In this document: in pieces, positions 56,770 to 64,000 of the stretch | Numbering within the stretch: the stretch's first letter is position 1 | Layout of the letters: each line of letters begins with the position of its first letter | Source: Candidatus Dadabacteria bacterium | GTDB lineage: Bacteria; Desulfobacterota_D; UBA1144; Nemesobacterales; Nemesobacteraceae | Assembly: GCA_022819805.1 (NCBI GenBank) | Contig: JAJEGO010000059.1 | Location: forward strand, 11,576 to 75,575 | Length of the DNA stretch: 64,000 bases | Direction: 5' to 3' | The notes under the pieces: model-generated | What the model was told of the DNA's origin: nothing | The model's input: only the letters and a program-made list of their open reading frames with translations | The model's database searches: none | Translations under genes and position numbers: made by a program

Positions 56770-57036
56770 ATGGTAGAGATAAAGTACTGCGTGCGCTGCG
56801 GCTGGCTCCCGCGCTCTGTGTGGATGGCGCAGGAGCTTCTGGGCACTTTCGGGGAGGCTCTGGGCGGGGTGACCCTTCTTCCCTCAACCGGCGGTATCTT
56901 CGAGGTGCGGGCGGGCGATGAGCTTGTGTGGTCGCGGAAGGAGAAGGGGAGGTTCCCCGAGATAAAGGAGCTTAAGCGCGCGGTGCGCGACGCAGTGTGT
57001 CCCGGCATGGACCTCGGTCACACGGATTTGCTTTGA
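56770..57036 (+). CDS. Rdx-family (SelW/SelT-like) thioredoxin-fold protein, the Cys-containing form.
   Basis: The internal start MVEIKYCVRCGW gives the CxxC motif in place of CxxU. Both residues are encoded by TGC, so no selenocysteine is present. Confidence 0.55.
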   Translation: MVEIKYCVRCGWLPRSVWMAQELLGTFGEALGGVTLLPSTGGIFEVRAGDELVWSRKEKGRFPEIKELKRAVRDAVCPGMDLGHTDLL

Positions 57037-57119
57037 GGACGGCGCCCGCGCCCGGCTTAATTGTTTTTGACAAGCGCGCCCGGCGCGTGTAAATACCTGC
57101 CTTTGCGGAAACAGAAGGT

Positions 57120-58673
57120 TTGGGAATGTCAGATAACTACATACACATATTCGATACGACGCTTCGCGACGGCGAGCAGGCCCCGGGCTGCAGCATGACC
57201 TCGGAGGAGAAGCTGCGGGTCGCCCACCAGCTAGAGCGCCTGGGAGTGGACATAATAGAGGCGGGGTTCCCCATATCCTCGGAGGAGGACTTCCGGTCCG
57301 TAAAGAAAATAGCGCAGAGGATAAAGGGTTGCCAGATAGCGGGGCTCTGCAGGGCTAACCTGAAGGACATAGACCGCGGCTGGGATGCCGTGCGGCACTC
57401 TGAGAGCCCGAGGATACATACCTTCATCGCCACTTCCGAAATACACCTTAAGTACAAGCTGAGAAAAACGAGGGATCAGGTCCTTGAGATGATAAGCGGC
57501 GCGGTAAAGCACGCGCGAAACTACACCGAGAACGTCGAGTTCTCCTGCGAGGACGCGACGCGCACCGACATTGACTATCTGTGTCAGGCTGTCGACGTGG
57601 CCGTCCGCTCGGGAGCTACCACTATAAACATCCCCGACACGGTCGGGTACACGGTCCCGGAGGAGTTCGCCTACATAATCCACACGCTTGTGAAAAACGT
57701 CCCTAACCTTGACGACGTGATCCTGAGCGTCCACTGCCACAACGACCTCGGCCTCGCGGTAGCCAATTCCCACGCGGCCATAACCGAGGGAGCCAGGCAG
57801 GTTGAGTGCACGGTTAACGGACTCGGGGAGAGGGCGGGCAACGCCTCGCTTGAGGAGATAGTGATGGGACTCAGCGTGAGAAGCGACAAGAGACCCTACA
57901 GCTTCGGTATAAACACTACTCAGATTTATCCCACCAGCAGGCTCGTTTCTCAGGTAACCGGGGTCAACGTGCAGCCGAACAAGGCGATAGTCGGGGCTAA
58001 CGCCTTCGCCCACGAGGCGGGCATACACCAGGACGGGGTGCTAAAGGAGAGCATAACCTACGAGATAATGACACCGCAGGAAGTCGGGATTCCCTCCAAC
58101 CAGATAGTGCTCGGCAAGCACTCGGGGCGCCACGCGTTTCGCGACCGCCTCGAGGAGTACGGCTACGTCCTTGAGCAGGAGGCCTTCGAGAACGCGTTTA
58201 CTAAGTTCAAGGCCCTTGCCGACAAGAAAAAATACGTTTTCGACGAGGACATAGAGGCCCTTATAAACCAGGAGTTCCTGCGGTCCTCTGATTATTACGA
58301 GTTCACCGCGGCAAGCTACTCGGGCGGCACCGAAGCCGCGCCCGAGGCGAGCGTCACGATCCTTGCGGGCGGGGAGGAAGTGTCGGTTTCCGAGACGGGT
58401 TCGGGGCCCGTGGACGCCATCTTCAAGGCGGTCAAGAAGGCGACGGGGCTTGACCCCAGGCTTGAGAATTTTTCGGTGTCCTCTATAACGGGCGGGACTG
58501 ACGCCCAGGGAGAGGTCACGGTGAGGATATCCGACGATGGAGTGATATCGCAGGGACAGGGGGTGGATACGGATATTTCCGTGGCGAGCGCGAAGGCTTT
58601 CGTGAGCGCGCTTAACAGGCTTCGCTGGAGAAAGGAGCATCCGCGAAGGGGCTCCGAGCTTAAGGGGATTTAA
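57120..58673 (+). CDS. leuA: 2-isopropylmalate synthase (LeuA/CimA family).
   Basis: The 517-aa product has the motifs LRDGEQ and [13 protein letters not shown] and a C-terminal LeuA dimerisation/regulatory domain. Confidence 0.85.
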   Translation: MGMSDNYIHIFDTTLRDGEQAPGCSMTSEEKLRVAHQLERLGVDIIEAGFPISSEEDFRSVKKIAQRIKGCQIAGLCRANLKDIDRGWDAVRHSESPRIHTFIATSEIHLKYKLRKTRDQVLEMISGAVKHARNYTENVEFSCEDATRTDIDYLCQAVDVAVRSGATTINIPDTVGYTVPEEFAYIIHTLVKNVPNLDDVILSVHCHNDLGLAVANSHAAITEGARQVECTVNGLGERAGNASLEEIVMGLSVRSDKRPYSFGINTTQIYPTSRLVSQVTGVNVQPNKAIVGANAFAHEAGIHQDGVLKESITYEIMTPQEVGIPSNQIVLGKHSGRHAFRDRLEEYGYVLEQEAFENAFTKFKALADKKKYVFDEDIEALINQEFLRSSDYYEFTAASYSGGTEAAPEASVTILAGGEEVSVSETGSGPVDAIFKAVKKATGLDPRLENFSVSSITGGTDAQGEVTVRISDDGVISQGQGVDTDISVASAKAFVSALNRLRWRKEHPRRGSELKGI

Positions 58674-58961
58674 CAGTGATTCTGACCATTCGGTTTTCCG
58701 GGGAACGGCTGACCGGATGTTCCTGAATGCGGCTTGCGAATCGAGGTTTCAGTTCAGTTTTCGGGGTATGCCTGTGGAGGAGCAAGACGAAGTACGCGGC
58801 ACTTGATTTGCCGGTGAGCATCGGTTTTTATTAAGTTAGGTTGAAATTCGGTTTTATTAGTGTTATTGTTCAAGTTAGACGGAAGGTAGTTTGAAATGAT
58901 AAGGAATTCAAAATGAACTCAAAAAAGCGGTGGGACTGCGGTTCTTTTCTCTAAAAACCGC

Positions 58962-58991
58962 TTGACATTCTGTCCGGTGTCAGAGTAAGAT
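58962..58991 (+). promoter_or_regulatory. Candidate promoter for the RTX-repeat lipoprotein gene. The -35 is TTGACA (58962-58967) and the -10 is TAAGAT (~58986-58991). An inverted repeat AAGCGGT...ACCGCTT (58924-58963) lies just upstream.
   Basis: Read from the sequence within a 450-bp AT-rich leader. Confidence 0.35.
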
Positions 58992-59123
58992 AATTATTGA
59001 TGAAAAGCGGGCGGTTGTATCGGTTTGCGTCCAACAAACCATTGTTTAGAAGCTAATACTTCTTCTCGGTATTATCGCCTTAGAATTATGGAAATAAAAT
59101 TATTTTTAAGGAGGAGGTTTTAA

Positions 59124-60662
59124 ATGAGGTTATTTAACTTCTTTGCAATAATGTTCTTGTTAGTGGGGGCGTTCGTTGTTACCGCCTGCACGGACACGGA
59201 AACTGTAACGGAAACTGTAACGGAAACTGTAACAGAAACTGTGGATCCGGGATCTGAATATGAAGAGATAGGACCGGGTTTTGAGGTAGGAACTGATAAC
59301 TGCTATGAGGCTGGTCAGAGCGACGGTATGATAGCAGGTACCGAGATGGGCGATTGTATCAAGGGCGAGGGGGGCAACGACTCTATTAAGGGCATGGGTG
59401 GTAACGACGTGCTTGACGGAGGCTCAGGAAACGACACGCTCTACGGGGGAGCTGGCGATGATGAACTTATCGGCGGCACCGGCGACAACACTCTCGACGG
59501 GGGTGACGGCATCGACATTGCGGTCTACAAAGATGCTCAGAGAGTAGTGGTTAACCTAGGCAACAATATGGCCAAAGCTCAGTACCCCACCGTTGCAGGC
59601 ACCGACGTGCTTGCGGGGGGAGATAGCGGAATAAGTAGTGATACCTTGATGGGAATCGAGAACATCAAGGGCAGTCTCATGGGAGGCGACACAATAAACG
59701 GCGATGACAATGCGAACGTGCTTACAGGTCTTGACGGTGCCGATAAGATTAACGGCAACGGAGGAGATGACACGATTCTTCCCAACCGTCCTGTGGAGAA
59801 AAACGCTGCGGGAGAAGATATAGCCAACGTGCCGGAAACCGCTGCCGACGACGGTATTGATGATGTCAACGGGGGAGAGGGGAGCGACACCATAAGCTAC
59901 GAAGGCGAAAGCGGCGGCGTGACCGTTGCCCTTGCCACTATTGTTGACGCTGCTGATGCCGATACCCCGGATGACCCCAGCGACGATGTCCCTGCTCATG
60001 TTGCGGTCGCAGTTGCTGGCTTTTCTACCGACAGGATTGCGCTTGTGAATCGAGGCACGGCAGATGACCCGAAAATGGAGAGCACCATTGAGAACGTTAC
60101 CGGAGGCTTCGGTGTCGACACGCTTACTGGTGACGTTCGGGGCAACACGCTTAGCGGCGGAGCCGAAGGCGACACGCTTAACGGAGAAGCAGATCCCACC
60201 ACCGCGGAGATGGGCGGAGACGACACTCTTAACGGCGGTCCCGGAGGCGACACGCTTAACGGCGGTCCCGGAGATGACACGCTTAACGGCGGTCCCGGAG
60301 ATGACACGCTTAACGGCAATGCGGGTAATGACACGCTTAACGGCAATGCGGGTAATGACACGCTTAACGGCAATGCGGGTAATGATACGCTTAACGGCGG
60401 TCCCGGAGGCGACACGCTTAACGGCGGTGCGGGCAATGATACGTATATTATCACCAAAGGCGATGCCGCCGATACGATCGGCGAGTTTGTTGCTGGCGAC
60501 AAGATAGTTCTGAAGGGCTTTGAGGGCAGTGAGAAGCTAAATATAGATGGAACATCGCTTCAAGAGGTGGACCCGGATGACTCGAGTGATGTTACTACCC
60601 TTGTCACCATTACTACCGGCGCGAATCTTATCCGGTTGACTCAGGACGTAGAATTCGACTGA
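59124..60662 (+). CDS. Lipoprotein with RTX-type (haemolysin-type) calcium-binding nonapeptide repeats.
   Basis: The signal peptide carries a lipobox (LVGAFVVTAC). It is followed by a TETV x4 repeat and then many GGxGxDxLx nonapeptides (GGNDSIKGMGGNDVLDGGSGNDTLYGGAGDDELIGG, and later LNGGPGDDT / LNGNAGNDT). Confidence 0.75.
   Translation: MRLFNFFAIMFLLVGAFVVTACTDTETVTETVTETVTETVDPGSEYEEIGPGFEVGTDNCYEAGQSDGMIAGTEMGDCIKGEGGNDSIKGMGGNDVLDGGSGNDTLYGGAGDDELIGGTGDNTLDGGDGIDIAVYKDAQRVVVNLGNNMAKAQYPTVAGTDVLAGGDSGISSDTLMGIENIKGSLMGGDTINGDDNANVLTGLDGADKINGNGGDDTILPNRPVEKNAAGEDIANVPETAADDGIDDVNGGEGSDTISYEGESGGVTVALATIVDAADADTPDDPSDDVPAHVAVAVAGFSTDRIALVNRGTADDPKMESTIENVTGGFGVDTLTGDVRGNTLSGGAEGDTLNGEADPTTAEMGGDDTLNGGPGGDTLNGGPGDDTLNGGPGDDTLNGNAGNDTLNGNAGNDTLNGNAGNDTLNGGPGGDTLNGGAGNDTYIITKGDAADTIGEFVAGDKIVLKGFEGSEKLNIDGTSLQEVDPDDSSDVTTLVTITTGANLIRLTQDVEFD
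59196..59243 (+). repeat. 12-bp tandem repeat (ACGGAAACTGTA x3 plus one variant) encoding (TETV)4 immediately after the lipoprotein Cys.
   Basis: Read directly from the sequence. Confidence 0.8.
60150..60443 (+). repeat. 27-bp tandem repeats (CTTAACGGCGGTCCCGGAGATGACACG or CTTAACGGCAATGCGGGTAATGACACG). There are 8 full-length units from 60228 to 60443, preceded by degenerate units. They encode the RTX nonapeptides.
   Basis: Read directly from the sequence. Three consecutive units are identical (60309-60389). Confidence 0.85.
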
Positions 60663-60687
60663 GGCGACTGAACTAAACTTATTTTTA

Positions 60688-60729
60688 AGCGCGGTTTCCG
60701 GCAATCCCGGTTGCCGCGCTTTTTTTTTA
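60688..60729 (+). terminator. Rho-independent terminator downstream of the RTX lipoprotein gene.
   Basis: The hairpin GCGCGG-TTTCCGG-CAATC-CCGGTT-GCCGCGC is followed by T9. Confidence 0.65.
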
Positions 60730-61205
60730 GGGCCGGTTTTTGTTAACACTTCGGGTCAAGCGAGTTCCCATCTTCCTTTGGAAATGGCCCGCTTTTTTCT
60801 CTTTGAGCAAGGCTTGACATTATCGCCCGGCCCCTTTTTGTCCTCCTCCTGTTGTTATGAGAGGGTCGGCGCCGGTTTTCCGCAAGTCCCGGCTGAATAT
60901 GTTCTACCGTGCCGACCCTTCTTTGAAGCGTGTGCATGTTGTGGTATTTCTTCCCCCTGACGTAAATTTCATCTACCTCCGCATCTACCGCGTGTCACCG
61001 TGACGATGTTGTGCAGATGAGGACGATGGAGATATCGGTTATCGGTATTTGAAATAAACTTTTATAATCCCCGATCAAGCCCCCCTGTGCGTGTTCTTAA
61101 ACGCCCCAGTTCTTAAAAGCTTTGGACAATGGCGTCGCCTCGCCCCGTTTTGCCCCCTCTCGCCCCCTCCGCCGCCCTGTTAAAATCCAGTATAATAATC
61201 CTTCC

Positions 61206-63809
61206 ATGAGTTCACAGACTCCCCTCATGAACCAGTACCTGAACGTAAAAAGGGAGTACCCGGACGCGATACTCCTTTTCAGACTCGGGGATTTCTACGA
61301 GATGTTCTACGACGACGCGAAAGTCGCGTCTGAAATACTCGGGATAGCCCTCACCTCGAGGGATCGCTCCAAGAAAAACCCCGTTCCCCTCTGTGGTGTC
61401 CCCTTCCACAGCGTGGAGCCCCACATATCGAAGCTTCTCGCGAGCGGAAAGAAGGTTGCGGTCTGCGAACAGATGGGTGACCCTAAGCAGACTAGGGGTC
61501 TTGTGGATAGAAAGGTCGTGAGGGTTCTCACTCCCGGGGCGGTTCTTGATTCCGAGAACCTTGAGTCAAAAAGCAATAACTTCCTCGCGTGCGTCGCTGG
61601 AGAGGAGGGCGGCTTCGGGCTCTCTTTCTGCGACATCTCGACTGGGGAGTTCCGTACCTCCTTTTTCCCCTCGGGGCAGGATCTTCTCTCCGAGCTTGCC
61701 CACGTGGGCCCAAGGGAGATACTCATCCCGGATTCCGGTGCGGATCCGCCCTGGCTTAAATCCCTGCTTGACTCGGCCCCCCGCACGTTTGTGACCAGGG
61801 TGGATTCCTGGAAGTGGGAATTCGGGAGGTGCGGAGAAATCCTGAAAGACGGTTTCGCGGTGCTTACCCTCGAAGCCGCGGAGATCGAGAAAGAGCCGGG
61901 TTGCGTTTCGGCCTGCGGGGTGCTTTTCGACTACCTCCGGGAAACCCAGAGGGACTTTCTTCCCCGAATAGGTTTTCCCAGGCGCTACGACACCGTCGAC
62001 TACATGAAAATAGACGAGTGGACCGCGAGGAACCTTGAGCTGAGAAGCTCCACGGAAGGATCCCCCAGGCACTCCCTGCTCGGGGTGATGGACGAGACCC
62101 GCTCCCCGATGGGCGCGAGGCTCCTTCGCCGCTGGATGAGCTATCCCCTGCTCGATGTAGAAGAGATAAAAAAAAGACAGGGGGCGGCGGCGGAGCTGCT
62201 TGAGAACGTCTCGGCGAGGGAGGAGCTGATGGAGGCGCTGCGGCAGGTGGGGGATCTCGAGAGGCTCATCCACAGGATAGAGACCCCGTCTGCCAGGCCC
62301 AGGGACCTCGCCTCGCTTAGGGATTCCTCGTTCTACGTTGAAAAACTGAGAGAGGCCATGTTGGACCTTGGTTCGGAAGCCCTCGCGTCCCTAAGGGAAA
62401 AGATGGATGACTTCCGGGACCTTCGCTCCTATCTTGAGACCGCCATTGTGGAGACCCCGCCTGCTTTCGCGCGGGACGGAGGGGTGATAAGGGAGGGCTT
62501 TTCCCCCGAGCTTGACCGGCTCCGCAAGATCCAGAGCGACGGGCGCAAATGGATATCCGAGCTTGAGGCGAGGGAGAGGGAGAGAACGGGGATAGCCAAC
62601 CTCAAAATCGGCTACAACAGGGTGTTCGGCTATTACATCGAGATTACCAAGTCCAAGCTTTCCCTCGTTCCCGAGGACTACTCAAGAAGACAGACTCTCA
62701 CCGGAAGCGAGCGTTTCATCTCCCCAGAGCTTAAGGAATACGAAGAGCAGATACTCACGGCCGCAGAGAAAATAACGGAGCTTGAAGCCTCGCTTTTCGA
62801 GGAGGTCAGGGGCCGCGCGGCCGCGGAGGCGGAGCGCGTGAAGGCCACGGCGGGGGTCGTGGCCGAGACCGACGTTTTCTGTTCCATGGGGGAGATCGCG
62901 TCTCGCTACGGCTACTGCGCGCCGGAATTTGTCTCCCGGCAGCTGGTCGAACTCCGCGACTCCCGCCATCCCGTGGTGGAGAGGATAAGCCTTGAGAAGG
63001 GATTCGTGCCGAACGACGTAACCCTCGATTCAGAAGGCGACCGCTTCATGATCATCACGGGGCCCAACATGTCGGGCAAGTCGACCCTCATAAGGCAGGT
63101 GGCGCTCATATCGCTAATGGCCCAGATGGGAAGCTTTGTTCCGGCCCGGGCGGCTAGGCTCGGGGTGGTCGACCGGATATTCTCGAGGGTCGGGGCGTCG
63201 GACAACCTGACGGCCGGCCGGTCAACCTTCATGGTCGAGATGGTTGAGACCGCGCACATCCTTCAGAACGCCACTCCCAGAAGCCTCGTCATACTGGATG
63301 AGATCGGGCGGGGCACGAGCACCTTTGACGGTATGAGCATAGCGTGGGCGGTTTCCGAGCATCTCTGCGACCTCGGGCCCCTGACCCTTTTCGCCACCCA
63401 CTACCATGAGCTCTCGAACCTCGCGGACGTGAGGCCCGGGATCACCAACTCAAACGTGTCGGTAAAGGAGGAGGGAGGGGAGATACTGTTTCTCCGTAAG
63501 CTTCTCCCGGGCGCCACGAGCCACAGCTACGGCATACAGGTGGCCCGCCTCGCGGGCGTTCCCCCCAAGGTTCTTAACTCAGCGAGAAATGTCCTTTTTT
63601 CCCTCGAGAAGCTCAAGGCCTCCTTGTCCCAGTCGATGCTCGGCGGGCAGCTTCTTCTTTTCGACACAGAAGAGGACAAAGAATCAGAAGCCGCCTATCG
63701 GAAGGAAGAACTTCTCACGGAAGAACTGGGGGCACTTGATCCCATGAACATGACCCCCATGGAGGCACTAGCGAAGCTCGTGGAGCTTTCTGAGAAGGCG
63801 AAGAAATAA
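61206..63809 (+). CDS. mutS: DNA mismatch repair protein MutS.
   Basis: An internal ATG at 61206 gives MSSQTPLMNQYLNVKREYPDAILLFRLGDFYEMF, the canonical MutS N-terminus. The product also has the Walker A motif GPNMSGKST and a C-terminal HTH region. Confidence 0.9.
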   Translation: MSSQTPLMNQYLNVKREYPDAILLFRLGDFYEMFYDDAKVASEILGIALTSRDRSKKNPVPLCGVPFHSVEPHISKLLASGKKVAVCEQMGDPKQTRGLVDRKVVRVLTPGAVLDSENLESKSNNFLACVAGEEGGFGLSFCDISTGEFRTSFFPSGQDLLSELAHVGPREILIPDSGADPPWLKSLLDSAPRTFVTRVDSWKWEFGRCGEILKDGFAVLTLEAAEIEKEPGCVSACGVLFDYLRETQRDFLPRIGFPRRYDTVDYMKIDEWTARNLELRSSTEGSPRHSLLGVMDETRSPMGARLLRRWMSYPLLDVEEIKKRQGAAAELLENVSAREELMEALRQVGDLERLIHRIETPSARPRDLASLRDSSFYVEKLREAMLDLGSEALASLREKMDDFRDLRSYLETAIVETPPAFARDGGVIREGFSPELDRLRKIQSDGRKWISELEARERERTGIANLKIGYNRVFGYYIEITKSKLSLVPEDYSRRQTLTGSERFISPELKEYEEQILTAAEKITELEASLFEEVRGRAAAEAERVKATAGVVAETDVFCSMGEIASRYGYCAPEFVSRQLVELRDSRHPVVERISLEKGFVPNDVTLDSEGDRFMIITGPNMSGKSTLIRQVALISLMAQMGSFVPARAARLGVVDRIFSRVGASDNLTAGRSTFMVEMVETAHILQNATPRSLVILDEIGRGTSTFDGMSIAWAVSEHLCDLGPLTLFATHYHELSNLADVRPGITNSNVSVKEEGGEILFLRKLLPGATSHSYGIQVARLAGVPPKVLNSARNVLFSLEKLKASLSQSMLGGQLLLFDTEEDKESEAAYRKEELLTEELGALDPMNMTPMEALAKLVELSEKAKK

Positions 63810-63842
63810 TAGGGAACGGGAATTATACAAGGAGGCGGACAC

Positions 63843-64000
63843 ATGAAGGTTAAACTGATATCTATCGGCAACTCGAAGGGAATTCGTATTCCTTCGTCTA
63901 TTATCAGGCAATGCGGTCTCGGCGACAAGCTTGAGATGAGTGTTGAGAACGGAGTCATCGTGCTTGCGCCGGTGCGAAGCGTGCGCGAGGGTTGGAGTGC
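63843..64000 (+). CDS. MazE/AbrB-SpoVT-family antitoxin-like protein, truncated at the window edge.
   Basis: The first 52 codons read MKVKLISIGNSKGIRIPSSIIRQCGLGDKLEMSVENGVIVLAPV, a swapped-hairpin SpoVT/AbrB domain. There is an RBS-like GGAGG 7 nt upstream. Confidence 0.6.
   Translation, partial: MKVKLISIGNSKGIRIPSSIIRQCGLGDKLEMSVENGVIVLAPVRSVREGWS

Noticed and set aside
56770-57036. Selenoprotein (SelW-like CxxU).
   Set aside because: The second position of the redox motif is encoded by TGC, not TGA. No SECIS-like hairpin is needed or evident.
59996-60507. Minus-strand 168-aa ORF and plus-strand 147-aa ORF inside the RTX gene.
   Set aside because: They are produced by the 27-bp tandem repeats, which are open in several frames. 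Their translations are perfectly repetitive (LPALPLSVS... and MTRLTAMRV...).
1-64000. CRISPR arrays, restriction-modification, retron, BREX, DISARM or other known defence modules.
   Set aside because: No regularly spaced direct repeats were seen. No reverse transcriptase, methyltransferase/restriction endonuclease pair, SNF2/PglZ or similar genes were seen. The only repeats are within the RTX gene and at the IS ends.

Overview
This 64 kb window is a GC-rich (~58%) bacterial chromosomal segment that spans the replication-origin region. It carries dnaA-dnaN with an AT-rich unwinding element between them, and is densely packed with housekeeping genes on both strands. At the 5' end sits a truncated smc gene. 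After it come a ppiD/surA-like chaperone, cofD/fbiA (F420), mltA, a ROK glucokinase, tilS, ihfA, pheT, mnmE, a tetR-CMD pair, a MidA methyltransferase, a folate/pterin cluster (folE2, mazG-like, pabC, pabB), an HdrDE-like Fe-S oxidoreductase, a TonB-dependent receptor and a DsbA-like oxidoreductase. Further along are a GT2-GtrA glycosyltransferase paired with a DUF2723/PMT-like TPR glycosyltransferase, two tandem CNNM/CorC transporters, thiL, dnaA, dnaN and a GspL/M/N-like (PilM/N/O-like) trio. The rest comprises pheA-hisC-tyrA-msrB, tRNA-Met(CAU), cofC, an orphan higA, hisB-hisH, slt, a solo DppC-like permease, queF, tRNA-Gln, a nitrilase/SDR/nitroreductase/cytochrome c/Rdx redox cluster, leuA, an RTX-repeat lipoprotein, mutS and the start of a MazE/AbrB-like antitoxin. 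No CRISPR array, restriction-modification, retron or other known defence system is visible. The accessory content is as follows. An IS1595-family element (~1.8 kb, 35-bp terminal inverted repeats) carrying a small secreted cysteine-containing passenger gene lies between pheT and mnmE. A perfect 34-bp palindrome elsewhere shares 21 nt with the IS junction. The RTX-type lipoprotein gene contains internal 12-bp and 27-bp tandem repeats and sits behind an AT-rich leader. A secreted protein carries a Gly7-Cys C-terminal sorting-signal-like tail. The orphan HigA is unpaired and the MazE-like antitoxin is truncated at the window end. The most unusual arrangement is the GspL/M/N-like trio fused onto the dnaA-dnaN unit at the origin, with no other secretion or pilus genes nearby. 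Many long ORFs in the six-frame track are antisense artefacts of GC-rich coding DNA and were rejected.
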